Positions 9,649-16,607 of a stretch of 64,000 bases of DNA are shown in pieces. The stretch covers positions 1,472,001 to 1,536,000 of the forward strand of contig OY969554.1 in NCBI GenBank assembly GCA_963700985.1, given 5' to 3'. A model generated the notes under the pieces. That model had not been told where the DNA came from and searched no databases. It worked only from the letters and a program-made list of their open reading frames with translations. This stretch comes from an uncultured Chlamydiales bacterium (GTDB taxonomy: Bacteria > Chlamydiota > Chlamydiia > Chlamydiales > Rhabdochlamydiaceae). The stretch's first letter is position 1; every line of letters begins with the position of its first letter. Both the position numbers and the translations under genes were made by a program.

Positions 9649-10289
9649 TGCATAGAGGTTTGGCTCTTTGTCTTCTTGTTTTTTGTAGCTGCTCCTCTCG
9701 TATGACCTCGTGGAACGAGGGGAGGAGCCAGACTGACCTTGCTCTTGAAGAGTTTCGTCTTGAGTTATCCGATCTCAAGCATTCTCTCGATGGAACAAAG
9801 GTCGATCTGCAGCTTATGGATGAGAAGATCAGAGGACAAGAGTCATCCCTCAAATCACAGCTAACGACCAAGTCACAAGCCAAGGGAGCTGAACTCTCCC
9901 TTCAGCTTGCTAATCTTGAACATAAGCTTACTGAGCTCCAGAAGAATCAGGAGAAACTCAGCGCACACGCTAATCAGACAATCGCTACCTTCACCAAGCA
10001 GCAAGATAAGATCCGCGATCTCGAACAAGAGATTCAGGCACAAAATCGCCGGCTTGATGAAGTCGTTAAACTCAAAGGCACCCTCTCCTCTCTTTCTCAA
10101 GTTCTTAAAGAAAAATCTAGGGAAGAGAGCACCTTTTCTTCATCGTCTCGAAAATACAAAATCAAATCGGGCGATTCGCTCGAAAAGATTGCCAAACAGC
10201 AAGGCACCAGCGTAGATGCCATCAAAAAACTCAATGGCCTAGATTCCGATCGCATCGTCGTCGGCCAAGAGATCAAACTTCCCGAATGA
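9648..10289 (+). CDS. coiled-coil LysM-domain lipoprotein
   Basis: Lipobox-like FCSC, long heptad region, C-terminal LysM YKIKSGDSLEKIAKQQGTSVDAIKKLNGL. Confidence 0.85.
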   Translation: MHRGLALCLLVFCSCSSRMTSWNEGRSQTDLALEEFRLELSDLKHSLDGTKVDLQLMDEKIRGQESSLKSQLTTKSQAKGAELSLQLANLEHKLTELQKNQEKLSAHANQTIATFTKQQDKIRDLEQEIQAQNRRLDEVVKLKGTLSSLSQVLKEKSREESTFSSSSRKYKIKSGDSLEKIAKQQGTSVDAIKKLNGLDSDRIVVGQEIKLPE

Positions 10290-11086
10290 ACGCCTTCTCA
10301 GAACAAAGCATAGGAATTTTTGACTCCGGATTCGGCGGGCTAACCGTTATGCGTGCCATTCGCACGGTATTGCCCCATGAGAATCTCACCTATTTCGGCG
10401 ACACTGCCAGACTGCCCTACGGAAACAAAAGCGCGGAAACAATTTTGCGCTACACACATGAGAATGCGCAATTTCTGCTCAGCAAAAAAATTAAGCTGCT
10501 CGTAATTGCCTGTCACACTGCCTGCGCCTACGCGCTTGAAGAGATCTCGAAAACCTTTGATGTCCCGGTGATTGGTGTCATTCCACCAGCAGTGAACCAA
10601 CTCATCCAGCTGCCAAAAAAACAGAAAGTAGCCATTTTGGGTACACGCGGAACGATCGCTTCTGGCATCTATCAATCCAAAATTCGAGAAATCCTTCCTC
10701 AAACTGAGATTCTAGCTATTGCTTGCCCACTTTTTGTGCCCCTAGTAGAAGAAGGATATACAAACCACCACATGGCCACTTTGGCTATTCGGGAATACTT
10801 GAGTCCTTTAAAAGATAAAGGCGTCGATGCGACCCTTCTGGGCTGTACGCACTATCCACTTATGGTAGGGGAAATCCAGAATGAGCTTGGAGCAAAAGTC
10901 ACTCTGATCGACCCCGGATACGCCTGTGCACGCGAAGTCGAAAAATTATTACATACGAATCATCTGTTCAACGAGCAGAAAGAAACTCCGCGCTACCAGT
11001 TTTTTGTATCCGATGATCCTGATAAGTTCCGTCAGCTTGGCCAAGCTTTCTTAGGCTGCCCAATCGAACACGTCCAATCCATTTAA
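10286..11086 (+). CDS. murI: glutamate racemase
   Basis: IGIFDSGFGGLTV, GDTARLPYGNKS, catalytic Cys motifs ACHTA and LGCTHYP. Confidence 0.95.
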   Translation: MNAFSEQSIGIFDSGFGGLTVMRAIRTVLPHENLTYFGDTARLPYGNKSAETILRYTHENAQFLLSKKIKLLVIACHTACAYALEEISKTFDVPVIGVIPPAVNQLIQLPKKQKVAILGTRGTIASGIYQSKIREILPQTEILAIACPLFVPLVEEGYTNHHMATLAIREYLSPLKDKGVDATLLGCTHYPLMVGEIQNELGAKVTLIDPGYACAREVEKLLHTNHLFNEQKETPRYQFFVSDDPDKFRQLGQAFLGCPIEHVQSI

Positions 11087-11090
11087 TAAC

Positions 11091-11822
11091 TTACAGAGCG
11101 CCGTATTTCTTGCGGATCTCTTCGAAAATCGCTTCACTCTCGGCTGAGCCGCGATATCTGCCTGTTAAGGAGCCTTCTACTGCGCACCAATTATAAAGGG
11201 CTATCTCCTCATGAATATAGTGAATGTGTTGAGGAAAACGCTGAGCAATGCGCATCCAGAGATCGTAATCTTCACCTACAACATACTCCTCATTAAAAAA
11301 ACCGACTTCGTTAAATATTTCACGACGAATAGCAACTGTTGAGGCGTTGATAGGAAAGTGTATGAGCATGGTGGCGTAATAAATTTCTGGAGGAGTGATA
11401 AAACAGGCAGAAGAAACCTTTCCATCAATAACCCAGCGAAAATTTCCACATACCATGATGAGCTCTGGGCATTTTTTAAAAATTGCCACGCTTAAGGCTA
11501 GCCGCTTAGGCAGCATCTCATCATCGGCGTCTAGAAAAAAAATGAGATCTGCTTTGGCGTGCTTTATCCCAATGTTTCGTGCATAGGCAGCTCCACTATT
11601 CTCTGGCAGCTTAATATAGACCCACTCTATCGATTTCTTGCCCGATTTCTTACCAATGGTTGCTTCTATGATCTCTTCCACTGGCTCAGTAGAGCCATCA
11701 TCGACTAGAATGAGACGAAACTTCCCCTTATAGGTCTGGTTTAACACGCTTTGCAAACAGCGCTCCAGAAATCTTCCTGGATTATAGATGGGGATGATGA
11801 TATCTAATGATAGCTGCGACAT
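11091..11822 (-). CDS. glycosyltransferase family 2
   Basis: IIIPIYN, LVDDGS, ARNIG, FLDADD, EDYDLW motifs; ATG 11822 chosen over the upstream TTG. Confidence 0.9.
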   Translation of the reverse strand: MSQLSLDIIIPIYNPGRFLERCLQSVLNQTYKGKFRLILVDDGSTEPVEEIIEATIGKKSGKKSIEWVYIKLPENSGAAYARNIGIKHAKADLIFFLDADDEMLPKRLALSVAIFKKCPELIMVCGNFRWVIDGKVSSACFITPPEIYYATMLIHFPINASTVAIRREIFNEVGFFNEEYVVGEDYDLWMRIAQRFPQHIHYIHEEIALYNWCAVEGSLTGRYRGSAESEAIFEEIRKKYGAL

Positions 11823-11902
11823 GTATGATACTTTGGTTTGACAACTCAATCTAAAGCATGATTTAATCCATATTTTCAATTTGTTTTTTTACGGATACGC
11901 AA

Positions 11903-12589
11903 ATGAGCCAGAGAAAAAGAATTCTACTAATCGAAGATGAAGAGGACATTGCAGCTCTCATCAAACTACAAGCTGAAGTACTGGGCTATAAACTGCATGT
12001 TGAAGTCGATGGCATTAATGGATATCGTGCAATTGAACGCGAGAAGCCCGATTTAGTTATCCTCGATATTATGCTTCCTGGACAAAACGGCTTCGATGTC
12101 TGCCGAAAGATCAAAAATAATCCAGAATTAAAGAATATTCCCGTGATTATCCTTACGGCTAAAGGCGAAGAGATCAACGTCATCCTCGGCCTCGAGCTAG
12201 GCGCTGATGATTACGTCGCGAAGCCCTTTTCTCCAAAAGTGCTCTTCTCGCGCATCAAAGCTGTTTTGCGACGCGGAAAAGAGCCTGAAAAAGCTTCAAA
12301 AGCAGTTGGCTTCGGAGAGTTTTCACTCGATGTAGATCGCTACCTTTTGAAACGCGCAGATAAGATACTCACCATTACACTTTCCGAATTTGGCATCTTA
12401 AAGCGCCTGCTTGCAAATCGCGGAAAGGTGCTGACACGCAATCAACTGCTCGATGATGTGCATAATGATGACGCGTTTATCGTCGATCGCAATATCGATG
12501 TGCACATCGCCTCTTTGCGTAAAAAGCTTGGGCCTAAATTTGATTGGATCGAAACTGTGCGTGGTGTGGGTTATAGATTCAGAGAGTGA
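11903..12589 (+). CDS. OmpR/PhoB-family response regulator
   Basis: Receiver motifs LIEDE, LDIMLPG, GADDYVAKPF; winged helix DVHIASLRKKL...IETVRGVGYRF. Confidence 0.93.
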   Translation: MSQRKRILLIEDEEDIAALIKLQAEVLGYKLHVEVDGINGYRAIEREKPDLVILDIMLPGQNGFDVCRKIKNNPELKNIPVIILTAKGEEINVILGLELGADDYVAKPFSPKVLFSRIKAVLRRGKEPEKASKAVGFGEFSLDVDRYLLKRADKILTITLSEFGILKRLLANRGKVLTRNQLLDDVHNDDAFIVDRNIDVHIASLRKKLGPKFDWIETVRGVGYRFRE

Positions 12590-13922
12590 CAGCTTCTTTG
12601 AGCATTGCCAAACGCTTGGGATCGTTGCGAACCGTGATCTTTTTGTGCTTTGACACGCTCACCTCTCCCATCTTTTTACCACGCGTCAAAAACTTTACCT
12701 GCGTAAACGTCACATCAGCAACTTTTTCATCCTTCGCCTTACTAAAATGTAAGGCTAATAGCGCTGCATCCAAGATAGACTCTTGATCGGGCTCTTCGCG
12801 CTTTAAGGTGCGCAAGACCACATGCGAGCCGGCAAAATCCGCCACGTGCAGCCAATAGTCTAGCCCACGGGCGAAGGAGAAGGTTAGCTCTTCATTCTGT
12901 CTTGCATTCTTAGCGACATAGATGATCAAACCTTTCTGAGATATATACTCACGGAAAGGATGGCTTTTTTTCTCAGGCTTAACTTTGGCAATGAGTTTTT
13001 CTTCAGATTGAGGGAATATCTGATCCGTTTCCAAAGAGTTTAGCTGAGCTTGGAGGCGCATGAGCTGATCCTTAGCTTTATCTATGAAACGCTCGAGATA
13101 GGGAAGGCTCGCTTTAAGCTTGCGCGCACGCGTAAACTGACGCTTGAGTTGCATACTAACTTCTAAATTGGGATCGAGCTTAATTGTACGCATTTCACCT
13201 GTTTCCCAGTCTTCAAGCGCAATCTCTTTCATGCCCTTTTTAAGCTGAAAATAATTGCTTTGCAAAAGCTTGGCTTCATGTTCTTTTTCAGCCCAAGCTT
13301 CGGCTTCAATTTTTTGCGCTTGTAGCTGTGTGATGTGCTTCTCTTGCTTTTTAATCTGTTTATGCAGGGCTGCGCGTGCTACTTCAAGCAGTTCATCTTT
13401 ACGCGCCGCCTGTTCTTTTTGGACATAAGTCACACTTACGTTTTCGCTTGAACATGCAATCGGCGTAGAATCGTGGGCGAAAGCCCGCTCTGGGATTTTG
13501 TATTCCGTGAGCTGAGACTTTCGAAGTGAAGTGAGAATTTTTTGATTCTCACTCAAGAGATAGAGATTCGCATGGCGAGGAATCAGCTCAAGCAAGAGCA
13601 TAAAATGCAGCTTATCTCGTTCAAAATGCAGTGCAAAAATGCGATCCTCTTGCAAAAGCTCAGCCTTTATCACTTCTGCATTTTGAAGCAGCTTCGTTAT
13701 CTCCCGAGTAAACGGTGTCTCTTTTCCCTTTTCGGATAAGGCCAGATGGAAACGCTCGAAGGGATGTTTTATAGAAAAAAGCAGCTGCTGGCGCTCATTG
13801 CCCTTTTTGAAGAAAATTAGAAATTTTCCAGGAAATAACTCAAGCATTTCGACAAAAATAAAAGCAGAGAGTTCCCGGTTAACCTCCTGGCCTAGCGAAA
13901 CCATCTCAGCATATGAAAGCAT
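12579..13922 (-). CDS. rqcH: NFACT/RqcH (FbpA-like) ribosome quality control protein
   Basis: EDRIF (DR motif), LELIPRHANLYL, NFACT-R KNARQNEELT...WLHVADFAGSHVV. Confidence 0.8.
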   Translation of the reverse strand: MLSYAEMVSLGQEVNRELSAFIFVEMLELFPGKFLIFFKKGNERQQLLFSIKHPFERFHLALSEKGKETPFTREITKLLQNAEVIKAELLQEDRIFALHFERDKLHFMLLLELIPRHANLYLLSENQKILTSLRKSQLTEYKIPERAFAHDSTPIACSSENVSVTYVQKEQAARKDELLEVARAALHKQIKKQEKHITQLQAQKIEAEAWAEKEHEAKLLQSNYFQLKKGMKEIALEDWETGEMRTIKLDPNLEVSMQLKRQFTRARKLKASLPYLERFIDKAKDQLMRLQAQLNSLETDQIFPQSEEKLIAKVKPEKKSHPFREYISQKGLIIYVAKNARQNEELTFSFARGLDYWLHVADFAGSHVVLRTLKREEPDQESILDAALLALHFSKAKDEKVADVTFTQVKFLTRGKKMGEVSVSKHKKITVRNDPKRLAMLKEAVTL

Positions 13923-14017
13923 AAGTAATTAATAAGCTTTGGAATTAAAATTTCTTGAAAAATCCTCATTATAGCGCTACAAGCAAGTTAAGAGAACAAT
14001 TATCTACACGGGCAACT

Positions 14018-14458
14018 ATGAAACGGATCGTCCTAAGCTTGGTGAGCAGCGCGCTCATTTTAACCAGCTGCGAAAGTAAAGCTGGCACTGGCGCTATCGT
14101 CGGGGCAGGCGGAGGAGCCTTAATAGGAGGTGCAGTAGGCGGATGGGAAGGAGCCTTTATTGGTGGAGCTGTTGGCGCAGCTGCAGGTGGCCTTATCGGC
14201 TATGCGCTTGACCAGCAAGATCGCGAGATCATGGAGTCGCGTTCACCACAAACTCTGCGAAAAATTGATCGTGGCGAGCAGTTATCTATCCAGGACATTA
14301 AAAACATGTCACGTAATGGGCTAAAAGATGAAGTAATTATAAATCAGATCAAGGCTACTGGCAGCATCTTCCAGCTTTCAAGCGATGAAATTGTAGATCT
14401 TAAAAAAGCCGGCGTATCACAACGCGTGATTAATTTTATGATTGAAACGGGCGAGTGA
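14018..14458 (+). CDS. glycine-zipper lipoprotein
   Basis: Lipobox LTSC followed by GxxxG repeats (GAIVGAGGGALIGGAVGG). Confidence 0.8.
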   Translation: MKRIVLSLVSSALILTSCESKAGTGAIVGAGGGALIGGAVGGWEGAFIGGAVGAAAGGLIGYALDQQDREIMESRSPQTLRKIDRGEQLSIQDIKNMSRNGLKDEVIINQIKATGSIFQLSSDEIVDLKKAGVSQRVINFMIETGE

Positions 14459-14500
14459 CTTGTGAAAATTGAGCATTTAGGATAAAATTTTCGGCCTATC

Positions 14501-15523
14501 ATGACAACAACTGCGCAAACATCTCAGGAAAAAGTCCGCCTTTTTGATTCTCCTGTAATGCAAGAGAAGGTAAGGCAGCTTAGCGAACGCGCTTTAGGTG
14601 ACTTTTTCAGTCTCACTCAAGCTACAAGACGCTTTAATCTTGGGTTTTTTGTTCTTTGCGGGCTCGAACTTATCGCAATCCTGCTTCTTTCTTATCTGTC
14701 TAAACCGCTTTTTATTGCGATCTGCCTTGCTGCTTTGTGCTTAACCATCTTTTCTTATTTTCTACTCTCATTTTATGTGAATGCCAAAAAGCCAGATCAA
14801 ATGGCTGAGATGCAAACAGATTACTTAAGTGCATGCAAGGGACTAGCCGAAGAAGAGGACTCTCTCTTGATGGCTTGTCTCCTGAGACATCTAGCTGATC
14901 TGCTTGAACTTAAAAAATGGACCCTCTCTTCTCCTGCACCTTTTGCATTTCTACAGCCCATCTATGAAAAGTGCCTGATTTGGATGCACTGGAAAGAGAT
15001 TCAACAAATGAAAGAGATGCTTCTGATCGAAGCCATCGGTTACCATCTTAACTTGGTTAAAGATGAGCCAGTCGATCTCGAAGCGCACGCCTCTCTTGCA
15101 CACGCTTATCTCGCACTTGCAAAACTCTATCGCTCTCCCACAGATCTCTCATGGATTCCCGCCGCATACTCTTCGAACGAGATGCACGAAAAATTTGAAG
15201 CCTGCACCGCGCGCGCCATCCAGGAATTTAAGATCTTAGATTCGCTCGCTCCCAATGATCCATGGGTACATGCTCAGCTAGCTAGCATCTACCACGAACT
15301 TGGCATGCTAGACGAAGAAGTCCAAGAACATGAAGCCCTATTAAATCTCTCACCTCAAGATCGCGAACTACAATTTCGTCTAGGCGTACTCTATTTCCGC
15401 CAAGGTGAAACCGCCAAAGCTCTTTTGCTCTATGAGCAGCTCAAAAACTCAAACGACAAGCGCGCGCCCGAACTTATCTCTTATTACGACGCCTGCCCCC
15501 TTTTTCCCTTCTCCGACCTCTAG
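14501..15523 (+). CDS. membrane-anchored TPR protein
   Basis: Two N-terminal hydrophobic helices; C-terminal TPR motifs (APNDPWVHAQLASIY, LSPQDRELQFRLGVLYFRQG). Confidence 0.75.
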   Translation: MTTTAQTSQEKVRLFDSPVMQEKVRQLSERALGDFFSLTQATRRFNLGFFVLCGLELIAILLLSYLSKPLFIAICLAALCLTIFSYFLLSFYVNAKKPDQMAEMQTDYLSACKGLAEEEDSLLMACLLRHLADLLELKKWTLSSPAPFAFLQPIYEKCLIWMHWKEIQQMKEMLLIEAIGYHLNLVKDEPVDLEAHASLAHAYLALAKLYRSPTDLSWIPAAYSSNEMHEKFEACTARAIQEFKILDSLAPNDPWVHAQLASIYHELGMLDEEVQEHEALLNLSPQDRELQFRLGVLYFRQGETAKALLLYEQLKNSNDKRAPELISYYDACPLFPFSDL

Positions 15524-15559
15524 TTCTTCCCGAGGTCCTTGCTCTTATTTTGATAGGTA

Positions 15560-15588
15560 TTGAAAAAAACCAAAAATCTTCTTAGAAT
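15560..15588 (+). promoter_or_regulatory. sigma66/sigma70-type promoter facing into the 3' end of the DUF3800 gene
   Basis: TTGAAA (15560-65), 17-nt spacer, TAGAAT (15583-88); no plus-strand ORF follows. Confidence 0.7.
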
Positions 15589-15594
15589 AAAGGT

Positions 15595-15661
15595 ATAAAT
15601 GGGTCGGGACTACCCTACCGGCGTTTGTGCCTCAAGGACAACCTTGGGGCCTTTCGCTTTT
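15595..15661 (+). ncRNA. candidate structured small RNA antisense to the DUF3800 3' end (DUF3800-associated RNA motif-like)
   Basis: Hairpin GGUcGGG-ACUA-CCCuACC; outer stem GGCG/CGCU; 9-bp hairpin GCCUCAAGG-ACAA-CCUUGGGGC whose U-G pair works only on the + strand; U-run at the 3' end; own promoter. Confidence 0.65.
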
Positions 15662-16386
15662 AAGGGGTAGATACTTGGCTCTTGCTCATAAATCTTTTCT
15701 TTCAAAATCGCAAAGACTCGATTAGGTTGTTGCGGCCTTAAAACAGAAAGGCCTACAGGACGAGCAATTATGTCAGCGAATTGTAATCCTTCTGAATTCG
15801 CTCTTTTATCAGCAACAATGACCTTAAAAGGCAGTTTTTGCATCATGGAATTGTTTCCATCGCACACTCGCTGAAATTCTAATTCCAAAGCCAGATCTTC
15901 TTTTTGACCACGTGCTTCGAAAATTATGTGAGTATCATAATTGTGTTGTTCACGATCTCGAAAAAACCCATAAAGCTTTTCTAAACCTAATCGCATAGCC
16001 AAGTGATAGACGTGTATCGGATCTGCCCCATGTTCTTTTATTGCGTATTTATCTATGACAATAGGGATAAAGGTGAAATCAGTTTGAGCAACCAGATCAG
16101 TTAATGACTCCAAGAATGTTTCTCGCAAGTCTTTGTTCAACTTACTGAAGGCCCCAAATTTTTTTCGGATTTCGTGCTCATGTAAGATGACCATATCGTG
16201 GCCAAAAGTCGAAAATTTAAGCATCCGCAAAGCAGGTGTAACTTTGTGCGCATAGTATTCTTTCTGAAATATGCAGAAAGATAATACAAATAACGGATAC
16301 CGCTGATTGATCGACTCAAGACTATGATCACCGCTTTCATCAACGTAGACGATATAGGCGCCATGCCTTGGATCAGTAATGCTCAC
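15610..16386 (-). CDS. DUF3800 domain protein (predicted RNase H-like fold)
   Basis: N-terminal YVDESG, central IIFEARG, C-terminal GLQFAD (QxxD) signature of DUF3800; AGGA RBS before the GTG. Confidence 0.88.
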   Translation of the reverse strand: MSITDPRHGAYIVYVDESGDHSLESINQRYPLFVLSFCIFQKEYYAHKVTPALRMLKFSTFGHDMVILHEHEIRKKFGAFSKLNKDLRETFLESLTDLVAQTDFTFIPIVIDKYAIKEHGADPIHVYHLAMRLGLEKLYGFFRDREQHNYDTHIIFEARGQKEDLALELEFQRVCDGNNSMMQKLPFKVIVADKRANSEGLQFADIIARPVGLSVLRPQQPNRVFAILKEKIYEQEPSIYPLKAKGPKVVLEAQTPVG

Positions 16387-16549
16387 TTAAGATTCCTATC
16401 AAATGGCAATCAAAAAATGAGTATGCTAAATCTTTAGATAGAAATTTTCCACATCCAAAATTTGAAACATTTCATCTTTCCTATCTTGGCGGCTTTTGTG
16501 ATCTCTGTGGTGAAATTCTTCATCTTTTGTGTGATAACACCGACTCCAT

Positions 16550-16577
16550 TTGTAAAATAATATGTTGTGGGTATAAT
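16550..16577 (+). promoter_or_regulatory. sigma66 promoter for the TPR-vWA-rsmD-coaD operon
   Basis: TTGTAA-N16-TATAAT, 30 nt upstream of ATG 16608. Confidence 0.5.
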
Positions 16578-16607
16578 CGGCCAAAATTCTTAAGCCATAG
16601 GTGTGTC

